Source: Oscillospiraceae bacterium (GTDB taxonomy: Bacteria; Bacillota; Clostridia; Oscillospirales; CAG-272). From it: 64,000 nucleotides of DNA. Positions 9,249 to 18,790 of this stretch are shown here, one piece after another. The notes below the pieces were generated by a model. It searched no databases and had not been told where the DNA came from. It worked only from the letters and a program-made list of their open reading frames with translations. The position numbers and the translations under genes are program-made. Within the stretch, counting starts at the first letter, position 1. The number at the start of each line of letters is the position of its first letter. The stretch is from the NCBI GenBank assembly GCA_015064725.1, contig SVRQ01000002.1, forward strand, positions 17,972 through 81,971, written 5' to 3'.

Positions 9249-10553
9249 ATGAAGAAAGAAATCAGAAGAATCGCACTCGTTTTCGCTGTTATTTTCACAT
9301 TTATGGCAGTAAGCTTTTGCTTGGTTTCCTGCGGTGACGGCGGCGCAGACAGCACAACAAAAAATCCCGTTCTTCCCACCCTTACAACAGGCGGAGATGC
9401 AACAACGGGAGGCACAACATCCGCAAACACAACTACAACCAATAACGTTGTTCCCGGTACAAGCGGCACAACGACAACACCTGTTACACCCCCCACAGGC
9501 GAATATGTAAACCCCCTTACGGGTCTTAAAACTACATATGATGCTTCCCAGAAGCGTCCCGTTGCCATCGTAGTTGACAACATCGGTCTTGCTCTTGCAC
9601 ACCAGACAGGTCTTAACCAGGCAGACGTTCTTTACGAAACACTCGTTGCTCCCGGCATCACACGTTTCCTTATGGTAGTTTCCAACTACACAAACCTTTC
9701 CAACGTTTGCAACGTTCGTTCCGCAAGAATCTTCCACATCGACCTTGCCGCTAACCACAATGCTATCCTCGTTTGCCACGGTGGTTCTACATACGAAGCT
9801 TTCGCAACGGTTGCTTCTATGCGTCTTGGCGGTGCTTGGAACGAAGAGCTTGGCAAGAATACATACGGCTACATCAACACAAAGGATGAATACGCTTTCG
9901 GTACACAGGAAGGCGGCCTTAAATACGGTACTATCAAGTATTACACAGGCGCATACAACTCCGGTCGTGTTGACCTTAAATACGATACACTCGTTACTGC
10001 AGGCGCGCTTATCGCAACACTCCAGTCCAACACGAGCCGCTTCCGTCTTTCCGGCAACTCCGTTGACGGCTTGACAAAGCAGTCCCTCAAGTTTGCAGCC
10101 GCAGGCACGGAAAGCGCTGTTATGAACGGTGCAAGCACAGCTACAAACGTTATCCTCAACTTCACGATGGACAACTTTGAAGGCGACAAGAACGTTTCCT
10201 ATATGCTCAAGAACGGCAAATACTACCGTTACCAGAACGGCACAGCTCATACAGACTCCGTTACAGGCGAACAGCTCTGCTTCACAAACCTCGTTACGCT
10301 CTTTACAGACGTTACAAGAGTTCAGGGTACTATTGAAGACCCCAACGTAGCTTCCGTAAGAACAACAGGTTCCGGCTCCGGCTACTACTTCTACAACGGT
10401 AAGTGCATCCCGATCAACTGGAGCAAGCTTACAGGCGACAGCGCACTCGTTCTTACAACGATTACGGGCGCAGAGCTCACACTTGCAACAGGTAACACAT
10501 ACATCGCTTACCTCGATAACACAAACACTTCTTCCGCTGTTATCTACAACTGA
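9249..10553 (+). CDS. DUF3048 (YerB-like) lipoprotein with Thr-rich linker
   Basis: Lipobox LVSC, Thr-rich stalk, NPLTGL, RPVAIVVDN, QTGLNQADVLYE...GITRF, VRSAR, HGGS. Confidence 0.8.
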   Translation: MKKEIRRIALVFAVIFTFMAVSFCLVSCGDGGADSTTKNPVLPTLTTGGDATTGGTTSANTTTTNNVVPGTSGTTTTPVTPPTGEYVNPLTGLKTTYDASQKRPVAIVVDNIGLALAHQTGLNQADVLYETLVAPGITRFLMVVSNYTNLSNVCNVRSARIFHIDLAANHNAILVCHGGSTYEAFATVASMRLGGAWNEELGKNTYGYINTKDEYAFGTQEGGLKYGTIKYYTGAYNSGRVDLKYDTLVTAGALIATLQSNTSRFRLSGNSVDGLTKQSLKFAAAGTESAVMNGASTATNVILNFTMDNFEGDKNVSYMLKNGKYYRYQNGTAHTDSVTGEQLCFTNLVTLFTDVTRVQGTIEDPNVASVRTTGSGSGYYFYNGKCIPINWSKLTGDSALVLTTITGAELTLATGNTYIAYLDNTNTSSAVIYN

Positions 10554-10565
10554 TAAGTAAATAAT

Positions 10566-10596
10566 AAAAGGCACTTCAAAATGAAGTGCCTTTTTT
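10566..10596. terminator. Bidirectional intrinsic terminator
   Basis: aaaaggcacttca-aaa-tgaagtgcctttttt between convergent genes. Confidence 0.75.
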
Positions 10597-10627
10597 ATGT
10601 TTTGAAGAAATCGAGCAAAGCGCGATC

Positions 10628-12049
10628 TTAAATATTATTTACCACGCCGACGAAAAGGGGAAGACCCACTTGGGACGTTATAACGAATATAAACGGTCTG
10701 TCAAGAACGAAATCAACAAAATCGTCGGGAGGCGGGGGAGAGCCCGCGTATTCAAGCATCGTAAAGGCAACTGCCTTGCAGCCTTCCTCATCTATCATAA
10801 CGCGCGCGCCGTGTGTCGCCTTTGAAACGGCAACCGCCGTGTCATCCGTCAAAGGGGAAAAGTCGGACTCTTTAAACGAGAATATATCCGTAACTCCAAG
10901 ATTTTGGAGGCCTTCTGTAAGGTTTATGGTGGAGGCAACGTCAAACTTTGGAATGCTTCTGTTCACTTTGATATAGGTGTTGTTTTTTCTGTTCGTTCCT
11001 ATGATAAAATCCATAGCTTCCTTGTTATCGAAAAGCTCTTCTGCGCTCACGCCCTCGTCGGGGAGGATAAAGTACATTTCTCCTCCGTCGGTGAAGCTTT
11101 GCGATATAGCGGAAAATTTTTCGCCCCAATAATATGTGTCATCGTAGGAGGCATACATAAAATCGCAGGTCTTATCTCCGCTTGTGCCGTGGAATGTTGC
11201 TTCCTCGGTCTTTTCTTTTTTGAATTCCGTGTTCCAACGGGCATAGAAGTTTACCGTCGTTGCAAGAGCCATAACTGTTTCGGGGGAAAATTCAAGCTGT
11301 TCTATGGAATCATCAAGAAGTCCGTCCGTCTGATCGCTCAGCCATTTGCGAAAAGCTTTCGTATATTCTTCGGATGTCACGTCGCCGCTGAAAGAGGAGG
11401 CGTAATAATTTTCCGCCGCCCGTTCGAGCGTGTCCTGCTTGAAGGATACGTCCTTGTTGAGCCAAAGGGAGCTTGCAAGCACGGTCTTTTTGGAGCCATC
11501 ATCAACGTAGCTCGCGTTCCATACCGTGTTTGCTTCGCGGCGAAGCGTTTCTATGTCGGAAGCCCCCAGGAGAGAGAGTATCTGCTCTCGGCTGTTTCCG
11601 TCCGTAAACTCCGCCGTCATAGCAAGCGCCATATATACGTTGAGAGGGGAATAAACACGGTTCTCTCCGTCCGTGTCGGAAAGGAACTCGCGTATCGTTG
11701 CACTGAAAAATGAGCCAAGGTCTATGTCCAGCGCATAATATGCGTTTCTTTTATCCCTGCGGTAATCTGCCCACTTTTCATATTTTGCTTCGTTGTTCCC
11801 TCTGCCGGGATAATCGGGCATATCGGGATACTGTGCAAGGGCAAGCGCATAGGCTTTCGGGGAAACGGAGCTCCAACCGGGGAGAAATACTGCTCCCAAA
11901 ACGAGGAACAGCGCAAGGCACGCGGCTATTGCCGCAGTCCATTTAACTTTTTTTGATTTTTTTGTTTGCTTTGGAATTTCTTTTGCTTCATTTACAAGAT
12001 CTTCGCCCACCATACCGATGGCATCCTGTAATTTTTCTGTTTTTTTCAT
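10628..12049 (-). CDS. Membrane-anchored serpin with an anti-sigma-like N-terminus
   Basis: VYSPLNVYMALAM, NFYARW..EF....T, IPKFDV, IDEEG hinge, FVLDRPFIFVI and PLFVGVV serpin signatures. N-terminal LQDAIG.V.EDLV.EA, basic stretch and TM helix. Confidence 0.85.
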   Translation of the reverse strand: MKKTEKLQDAIGMVGEDLVNEAKEIPKQTKKSKKVKWTAAIAACLALFLVLGAVFLPGWSSVSPKAYALALAQYPDMPDYPGRGNNEAKYEKWADYRRDKRNAYYALDIDLGSFFSATIREFLSDTDGENRVYSPLNVYMALAMTAEFTDGNSREQILSLLGASDIETLRREANTVWNASYVDDGSKKTVLASSLWLNKDVSFKQDTLERAAENYYASSFSGDVTSEEYTKAFRKWLSDQTDGLLDDSIEQLEFSPETVMALATTVNFYARWNTEFKKEKTEEATFHGTSGDKTCDFMYASYDDTYYWGEKFSAISQSFTDGGEMYFILPDEGVSAEELFDNKEAMDFIIGTNRKNNTYIKVNRSIPKFDVASTINLTEGLQNLGVTDIFSFKESDFSPLTDDTAVAVSKATHGARVMIDEEGCKAVAFTMLEYAGSPPPPDDFVDFVLDRPFIFVITSQVGLPLFVGVVNNI

Positions 12050-12603
12050 AGATAGATACCCTCCTTTATAAGTTCGCTTAAAAGTTTTTGCCTTGTGCGA
12101 AGAAGCATCATCTTGACCTTGCTTTGTCCAAATCCAAGCTTGCGTGCGATATCGCCGATGGGGTCCATATACCAATACCTGCGGATAAAAACAATGCGCT
12201 GTGTTTTTTCAAGCGACCGCAGGAATTTGTCTATTATAACGGAAAGCTCTTTTGCGCTTATTTCCTCCTCAACGCTTTCTTTTGCGGGGATACACTCCGA
12301 AAGCTCCGCGTCAAATCCGCCGTGAATACCGCCGCGTTTTTGCGCGGTACGGGCGCGCAACTTTTTGAGAGCCAGTTTTCTGGTTATTCCGCAGATAAAA
12401 GCGCAAAGAAACTGCGGCTTTTCGGGTGGGATGGCGTTCCACAGGGCAAGATAGGCATCGCTTACCACCTCTTCCGCATCCTGCGTGTTGCCGAGGATAT
12501 TGTAAGCGAGAGAGCTGCAGGCAGAGCCGAATTTTTCGCTTGTTTCGCGTATGGCTCGTTCATCGCGGGCAAAAAACATATCGAGAATAGAATTGTCATC
12601 CAT
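12046..12603 (-). CDS. ECF (sigma-70 group 4) RNA polymerase sigma factor
   Basis: Region 2 (AYNILGNTQDAEEVVSDAYLALW) and region 4 (RIVFIRRYW....IGDIARKLG....VKMMLLRTR) only. RBS aaaggagg. Stop overlaps the serpin start (ATGA). Confidence 0.9.
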   Translation of the reverse strand: MDDNSILDMFFARDERAIRETSEKFGSACSSLAYNILGNTQDAEEVVSDAYLALWNAIPPEKPQFLCAFICGITRKLALKKLRARTAQKRGGIHGGFDAELSECIPAKESVEEEISAKELSVIIDKFLRSLEKTQRIVFIRRYWYMDPIGDIARKLGFGQSKVKMMLLRTRQKLLSELIKEGIYL

Positions 12604-12627
12604 AATGCTGCCTCCTTTCACTATATA

Positions 12628-12654
12628 AGTACCGTTTTGCCTTGCCTGCGTCAC
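12628..12654 (-). promoter_or_regulatory. Possible autoregulatory ECF promoter
   Basis: On the minus strand, GTGAC-17 nt-GTACT lies just upstream of the sigma RBS. ECF genes are often autoregulated, but the motif is unverified. Confidence 0.3.
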
Positions 12655-12778
12655 GCAGAAAATAAAATAAAGTTGACTTTTGTCAACTTTATTTTGTGAA
12701 TTTGCGCAGAAAGAGACAGTCGGGGGACGCCTGCTGCTTCAAAAAATGATCTGTTTTTTGCAGCAGCTTAAAAAGAGC

Positions 12779-13441
12779 TTATTCCGCTTTTATTGTGTAG
12801 CCCACGCCGCGAACTGTAGAGATTATCTTTATTCCGAAGCGTTCGTCAAGCTTTTCTCTGAGGTAGCGGACGTAAACGTCCACGACGTTTGTTTCGCCTT
12901 CCTCCTCCTTGCCCCAGACCTCCTTTGCCGCCTGCGCGCGCGTAACGGTCTGCCCCTTGTTTTTGATAAGGAGCAGAAGCAGGGCAAACTCCCTCTGGGT
13001 AAGCTCCACGGTTTCTTTTCTGTATGAAACGGTGTGGTTCTTTTCCCCGAGGATAAGGGAGTCCGCTGCGCTTTTTCTGCGCTTTGCGGGGCGCACTCCG
13101 AGCAGAGCCTCGTCTGCGCGCTCAAAGATCGTTCCAAGAAACTCCTGAACGCAGAACGGACGCTCGAAAACGCGAAAGCCCGAGGGGATCTTCGTTTCGA
13201 GCCTTGAAAGCTCGCTTTTATATCCGAAAAGGATTATCTGCGTGAGTTCAAGGTTGGATATCTCTTCCGTGTAATAATCGAATATTTCGGCGCCGATCAC
13301 GGCGAAGTCCGCATCAAAGGCGTCCTTTGCGGCTTCCTCCGAAAGTTCCTCGAAAACCGTTACCTGCGCTCCGAAAAGGCTTATATCCCAAAAGAGCATA
13401 CGGGAAAACACTGCGTCTTTTGTAATTATCGTTATTTTCAT
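12779..13441 (-). CDS. OmpR/PhoB winged-helix regulator with degenerate receiver domain
   Basis: C-terminal LTQREFALL..L....GQTVTR...VW.....NVVDVYVRYLREKL....ISTVRGVGY. N-terminus lacks the acidic pocket and phospho-Asp. Confidence 0.8.
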   Translation of the reverse strand: MKITIITKDAVFSRMLFWDISLFGAQVTVFEELSEEAAKDAFDADFAVIGAEIFDYYTEEISNLELTQIILFGYKSELSRLETKIPSGFRVFERPFCVQEFLGTIFERADEALLGVRPAKRRKSAADSLILGEKNHTVSYRKETVELTQREFALLLLLIKNKGQTVTRAQAAKEVWGKEEEGETNVVDVYVRYLREKLDERFGIKIISTVRGVGYTIKAE

Positions 13442-13456
13442 ATCAAGCTCCGCACG

Positions 13457-15667
13457 TTATTTTTTTATCGGGGAGGGAACTGTCGGCACTTTTACCTTGC
13501 GAAGCCCCGACGTGTCCGGGAACTGCTTTTCAAAATCCTTTAGGGCAAACGCTACCTCGTCATCCTTTTTGAGAGTGAGAAGCGTTACTCCGGAGCTTGT
13601 TCGCGTTGTCTTGACGGGAATAAGCTTTGTATTGATAATACAGCCCTTGCCCGATCTTGTGCCGATGAATATTTCAAAAGGCTTATCCTCGTATATCGCG
13701 GCGATAAGCGGGGAGGCATCCGAGTAAGCTTTTACAAGCTTTTTACGGTTTGCCTTTGTTTCGTAGGATGAAACGGGTATCTTTACGCCCTTGCCGTTTG
13801 CGAAGATGTAGATGAGGTTGTGCGTTTCATCGTATTTTTTGAGCGCTTTCATAGCTATAACGCGCTCGCCGTCATCAAAATCGAGCTTCGCAGGGACAAA
13901 TTCACCGAGGGAGGAAGCCTTTACCTGATCGAAATCCGCCACGCGGGATTTGTATATCTGCGCATTGCTGCCGATGAAGATAAGCTCGTCAGCGTTCTCG
14001 GCATCTTCCTCTTGAATAACAACGTCCCCTTCCTTGAGCTTATGCTCGTCGCTTCCGCGAAGCGTGCTTGCGCGCAGGGAATTGTGCGTTATCTTTTTGA
14101 AGAAGCCATCGCGGGAGAGCACGAGGCGCACGGGGTAGTTTTCCACGTGGTCTTCTTCTTCGTAATTCGTAATATCTTCCTCGTAGATAAGGCGCGTTTG
14201 GCGCGGAATGGCGTATTTATCTTTTATCTTTGCAAGCTGCTTTGCGATATATCGCTTTGTTTTTGCCTCGGATTCGATAATGGAGGTAAGCTCCTCTATC
14301 TCCTTCTGAAGGTCATTTATCTCGGAAATGCGCTGCATAATGTATTCACGGTTGAGGTGTCGGAGCTTTATTTCCGCGATGTATTCCGCCTGCACCTCGT
14401 CAAGGCTGAAGCCTTTCATAAGGTTGGGAACAACGTCCGCTTCCTTTTCCGTTTCGCGGACGATCTTTATTGCTTTGTCTATATCAAGCAGTATTTCGCC
14501 AAGACCCAGCAGGAGGTGGAGCTTATCCTTTTTCTTGCCGAGGTCAAAGGTGAGCTCGCGCTTAACGCACGTCATACGGAAGCGTATCCACTCCGTAAGT
14601 ATTTCGCGTATGCCCATCGTGCGCGGGGTGCCGTCGATGAGGATGTTGAAGTTGCAGGCGAAATTATCCTGCAAGGGCGTTTTCTTGAAAAGCTTTGCCA
14701 TAAGCTTTTCGGGGTCTGTGCCGCGCTTCAGGTCGAGCGTGAGCTTGAAACCGTGAAGGTCGATCTCGTTTCGCGCATCCGTCACTTCCTTGAGAGAGCC
14801 ATCTTTTATCATATCCGTTATCTTTTTAAGAATGAGCTCTATCGTTGTGGAATAGGGGATCTCAAGAATATCTATGCAGTTTTCCGCTTTATCGTAAACG
14901 TAGCGTGCGCGAAGCGTAAAGCTGCCTTCGCCCGTTTCGTATATGTGGCGAAGCTTATCTCTGTCATAGATGATACCTGCACCGCCCGAAAAATCGGGCG
15001 CTTTTATAATATCGAGAAGGTCTTCCGTGGTGGTGTCTTTGTTTTTAAGCAGGGCTATCGTGCCGTCACATATCTCGCCCAAGTTGAAAGAGCAAATCTT
15101 ACTTGCCATACCGACGGCGATACCCATATTCGGGGAGACAAGCACGTTCGGGAACGCCGTGGGAAGGAGCACGGGCTCCTTCATCGTAGCATCGTAGTTG
15201 TCCGTCATATCGACGGCATCTTTATCTATACCGCCGAATATTTCATTACAAAACGTGTCCAGCTTTGCTTCCGTATAACGCGATGCCGCGTATGCCATAT
15301 CGGAGCTGTACTGCTTGCCGAAGTTACCCTTGGAATCCACAAACGGGTGAAGCAGCGCACCGTTGCCGCGGGTAAGGCGGACCATAGTTTCGTATATTGC
15401 CGCATCTCCGTGCGGGTTGAGCTTCATCGTCGCGCCGACGATGTTGGTGCTTTTCGTTCGCGGTCCCGTGAGAAGCCCCATTTTGTACATTGTGTAAAGA
15501 AGCTTTCTGTGGGAGGGCTTAAAGCCGTCTATCTCCGGGATAGCACGGGAGACTATGACCGTCATAACGTAGGGCATATAGTTTTTTTCTATCGTTTCCG
15601 TTATGGGCTGCGGAGTTACGGGGGCGTGGGGGAGGTTTTCTGTTATATTGTTTTTCTTTTTTGCCAT
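13457..15667 (-). CDS. Type IIA topoisomerase subunit A (GyrA/ParC family)
   Basis: RAIPEIDGFKPSHR, NPHGD, GNFG, AASRYTEAKL catalytic Tyr, GIAVGMA. Confidence 0.9.
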   Translation of the reverse strand: MAKKKNNITENLPHAPVTPQPITETIEKNYMPYVMTVIVSRAIPEIDGFKPSHRKLLYTMYKMGLLTGPRTKSTNIVGATMKLNPHGDAAIYETMVRLTRGNGALLHPFVDSKGNFGKQYSSDMAYAASRYTEAKLDTFCNEIFGGIDKDAVDMTDNYDATMKEPVLLPTAFPNVLVSPNMGIAVGMASKICSFNLGEICDGTIALLKNKDTTTEDLLDIIKAPDFSGGAGIIYDRDKLRHIYETGEGSFTLRARYVYDKAENCIDILEIPYSTTIELILKKITDMIKDGSLKEVTDARNEIDLHGFKLTLDLKRGTDPEKLMAKLFKKTPLQDNFACNFNILIDGTPRTMGIREILTEWIRFRMTCVKRELTFDLGKKKDKLHLLLGLGEILLDIDKAIKIVRETEKEADVVPNLMKGFSLDEVQAEYIAEIKLRHLNREYIMQRISEINDLQKEIEELTSIIESEAKTKRYIAKQLAKIKDKYAIPRQTRLIYEEDITNYEEEDHVENYPVRLVLSRDGFFKKITHNSLRASTLRGSDEHKLKEGDVVIQEEDAENADELIFIGSNAQIYKSRVADFDQVKASSLGEFVPAKLDFDDGERVIAMKALKKYDETHNLIYIFANGKGVKIPVSSYETKANRKKLVKAYSDASPLIAAIYEDKPFEIFIGTRSGKGCIINTKLIPVKTTRTSSGVTLLTLKKDDEVAFALKDFEKQFPDTSGLRKVKVPTVPSPIKK

Positions 15668-15709
15668 TATTTTCACTCCGGATTTTAAATTGTGGAAGAG
15701 TTTAAGAGC

Positions 15710-17701
15710 TTATATATCGGCATCCTTGAGGTAGAATCTGCCGTTTTCTTTTATGAATTTTTTGCGCTCGGCAAGATCGTCGCCAAGAAGCGTTTCAAAA
15801 ATATACGCTGTTTTTTCCGCATCCGTAGGGCTTACGCGGATAAGGCGACGTGTGGCAGGGTTCATCGTTGTCTGCCACATCATTTCGGGTTCGTTTTCAC
15901 CAAGACCCTTGGAGCGCTGGATAGTATGCTTTTTGTTGCCTATCTTGGAGAGTATCTCCGCTTTTTCCTGTTCGTTGTATGCAAAGAACGTGTCCTTTCC
16001 GCAGGTGATCTCAAAAAGAGGGGATTCCGCGATATAGACCTTGCCCTCCTTTATAAGCGTGGGAAGCAGTCGGTAAAAGAGCGTGAGCAGGAGCGTGCGT
16101 ATTTGGAATCCGTCCTCGTCCGCATCGGTGCAGATGATTATCTTGCTCCATTTGAGAAGGGAGAGGTCAAAGGTGTTTTGAGCCGCTTTGCTCTTTCCTT
16201 GTATTTCCGCGCCGCAGCCGATGACTTTGAGCAGGTCGACTATAACTTCGCTTTTGAATATCTTATCGTATCCGCATTTAAGACAGTTGAGCGTTTTGCC
16301 TCTTACGGGGATTATTGCCTGAAATTCGGAATCGCGCCCCTGGATACAGGAGCCCATCGCGGAGTCGCCCTCCACGATATAGACCTCACGCTTTTCGGGG
16401 TCCTTGGAACGGCAGGAAACGAATTTTTCAACCCTGTTTGCAACGTCCGTGCCGGAGGATGTGAGCTTTTTCTTGATGTCAACGCGCGTTTTTTCCGCGG
16501 TTTCGCGGCTGCGCTTGTTTACAAGCACTTGAGCTGCTATCTTGTCCGCTTCCGCGGGGCGTTCCGCAAAATATACCTCAAGGGCGTGCTTCAGGTAATT
16601 TGTAAGCGCTTCCTTGATAAATTCGTTTGTTATGGCTTTTTTTGTCTGGTTCGCGTAGGAAACCATCGTAGAAAAGCTGTTTATAACGATGAGCAGGCTG
16701 TCCTCTATATCGGAAAAGCCTATTTTGGATTCGTTTTTGTTGTATTTTCCGGTTGCTTTGATGTATTTATCGATAGCGTAGGTGAAAGCGGTCTTCGTTG
16801 CGCTGTCGGGAGAGCCGCCGTGCTCCAGGAAGCTTGCGTTGTGGTAATATTCAGTTTTGCTTACCTCGTTGGAAAAGCAGAAGGCGATCTCCGCTTTGAA
16901 GTTATACTCCGGCTTGTCCGCGCGGTCGCGCCCGCGCGCCTCTGTTTGCCAAAATACGGGAGGGGTGATGTACGTTTCGCCCGCAAGGCCCGCAACGTAA
17001 TCCGCGATGCCGTTTTCATAGAGGAAGGTCTTTTCATAGAACGAGCCGTCCTCAAGCTGGAAGCGGAAGACAAAGGAGATGCCCTTGTTGGAAACGGCTT
17101 GGCGTTCGAGCATAGTTTCGTAAAATTCGCGCGGGATGGCGGTGTCCGTAAAGACCTCAAGGTCGGGGCGCCACGTTACCACCGTGCCGTGCTGTTTTTC
17201 TTTTTTTGCAAGCGTGCGGCGCATAAGCTCGCCGTCCGGCTTGCCTTTTTTAAAGTGCATTTCCAAAAGCTCGCCGCCGCGGTAGGATTTTACCTGCATA
17301 AACTCGGAGCTGTACTGTGTGGAGGCGGCACCGAGGCCGTTAAGACCGAGGGAGTATTTATAGTTCGCACCGTCGTTGTTATTGTTGTATTTTCCGCCTG
17401 CGTAAAGCTCGCAATAAACAAGCTCCCAGTTGTATTTGCCTTCTTTTTCGTTATAGTCAAGCGGTACTCCGCGCCCCTCGTCCTCTATGGAGATGACGCC
17501 GTCCTTGGTAACGGTTATATGAATGATGTTGCCGTAGCCCTCGCGCGCTTCGTCAACGGAGTTTGAGAGTATTTCAAAAACGGAATGCTCGCAGCCCTCG
17601 ATACCGTCGGAGCCGAAAATGACCGCAGGGCGTTTGCGCACGCGGTCTGCACCTTTAAGAGAGGTGATGCTGGCATTATCGTATATTGGTGTTTTGGGCA
17701 T
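15710..17701 (-). CDS. Type IIA topoisomerase subunit B (GyrB/ParE family)
   Basis: VRKRP, E..SNSVDE, DEGRGVP, AGGKY (GHKL ATPase). VEGDSA, PVRGK, TDADEDG (TOPRIM). SKGLGE. Confidence 0.9.
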   Translation of the reverse strand: MPKTPIYDNASITSLKGADRVRKRPAVIFGSDGIEGCEHSVFEILSNSVDEAREGYGNIIHITVTKDGVISIEDEGRGVPLDYNEKEGKYNWELVYCELYAGGKYNNNNDGANYKYSLGLNGLGAASTQYSSEFMQVKSYRGGELLEMHFKKGKPDGELMRRTLAKKEKQHGTVVTWRPDLEVFTDTAIPREFYETMLERQAVSNKGISFVFRFQLEDGSFYEKTFLYENGIADYVAGLAGETYITPPVFWQTEARGRDRADKPEYNFKAEIAFCFSNEVSKTEYYHNASFLEHGGSPDSATKTAFTYAIDKYIKATGKYNKNESKIGFSDIEDSLLIVINSFSTMVSYANQTKKAITNEFIKEALTNYLKHALEVYFAERPAEADKIAAQVLVNKRSRETAEKTRVDIKKKLTSSGTDVANRVEKFVSCRSKDPEKREVYIVEGDSAMGSCIQGRDSEFQAIIPVRGKTLNCLKCGYDKIFKSEVIVDLLKVIGCGAEIQGKSKAAQNTFDLSLLKWSKIIICTDADEDGFQIRTLLLTLFYRLLPTLIKEGKVYIAESPLFEITCGKDTFFAYNEQEKAEILSKIGNKKHTIQRSKGLGENEPEMMWQTTMNPATRRLIRVSPTDAEKTAYIFETLLGDDLAERKKFIKENGRFYLKDADI

Positions 17702-17922
17702 ATATGCCTCCTTTTGAAATTTTTCTGCTATTGCCAAAAACATATTTTCGTGTTTCCGCAAAGAAAATAAAGCGGGGGTTGCTTTATGCGAAAAAATTTG
17801 ATAAAATAATATAAAACGCAGAAAAACGAATTTTAATGTCATTCTAATCTTAGAGTTTTATTATAACACAAAAATTTGACAAAATCAATTAGTGCTTTTG
17901 ACGGAAATGGGGGACTGAATTT

Positions 17923-18738
17923 ATGTATCGTGAAATTTTGGGCGAGTACGGTATAGAATATGCCGGGGCTGTTCCTTTTTCCGTGTGCCGCGTTTTCGAT
18001 GAGGATATCATCACACGGCGCGGTGTGGCAGTTTCCGAAATAAAAAGTGCGATCCTTTTCCTTGTGCCTTATTATTGCCGCGACGAGGGTGAGGCAAACG
18101 TATCTGTCTATGCCCGTGCCCACGATTATCATCTCTTTTTCGATGCACTTTATACACAGCTCGTTCCAAGGCTTGAAAAGACCTACGGCGCACGCTTTTG
18201 GGGCTTTGCGGATAAATCCGCCATTGGCGAGGTTGGTGCGGCTTCCTTGGCGGGGCTTGGGAAGATAGGCGATAACGGGCTTATAATAAACGAAAAATAC
18301 GGCTCCTTCGTCTTTATAGGGGAGCTCCTTTCCGATGCAGAGCCGGAAAGCTTCGGCTGCTCTGCGGCGGCGGAATACAAACCGAGCTTTTGCACGCACT
18401 GCGGTGCGTGCCGCGCCGCCTGCCCTATGAAGGAGGGGCAGGGCTGCCTTTCTTTCGTAACGCAGAAAAAAGGGGAGCTTACGGAGGAGGAAAAAGCGCT
18501 TATCCTTAAATACGGCTTTGCGTGGGGGTGCGACATATGCGCCGCCGTTTGCCCATTTACAAAAAAGGCGATAGCGGCAGGGAACACCACTCCGATAGAA
18601 TTTTTCAAAAATGACAGAATTGCTTTTCTCACAAGCGAAATGCTTGATGGAATGGATAAGCAGACCTTCCGCCGCCGTGCGTTTTCCTGGCGCGGGAAGA
18701 AAACGATAGCAAGAAACCTTGAAATTTTCGGAAAATGA
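17923..18738 (+). CDS. Epoxyqueuosine reductase QueG-like Fe-S protein
   Basis: SVYARAHDYH, AGLGKIG.NGL, YGSFVFIGEL, CxxCxxCxxxCP, CLSFVTQ, WGCDICAAVCP. Confidence 0.75.
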   Translation: MYREILGEYGIEYAGAVPFSVCRVFDEDIITRRGVAVSEIKSAILFLVPYYCRDEGEANVSVYARAHDYHLFFDALYTQLVPRLEKTYGARFWGFADKSAIGEVGAASLAGLGKIGDNGLIINEKYGSFVFIGELLSDAEPESFGCSAAAEYKPSFCTHCGACRAACPMKEGQGCLSFVTQKKGELTEEEKALILKYGFAWGCDICAAVCPFTKKAIAAGNTTPIEFFKNDRIAFLTSEMLDGMDKQTFRRRAFSWRGKKTIARNLEIFGK

Positions 18739-18790
18739 GAGTTTTTTTGAAGAACAGGGGCAAAATATATAGGACTTAACGAGGTTGCCG

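Noticed and set aside
12665-12696. Perfect 14-bp palindrome aaaataaagttgac/gtcaactttatttt as a mobile-element end
   Set aside because: It is a single copy between co-oriented genes and is more simply a terminator or operator.
13820-17566. Long plus-strand ORFs (622 and 624 aa) opposite the topoisomerase genes, and similar antisense ORFs opposite the DUF3048 gene, pgk, the enoate reductase and the ATPase
   Set aside because: These are antisense shadows of well-conserved genes, explained by codon bias. They have no motifs or RBS.
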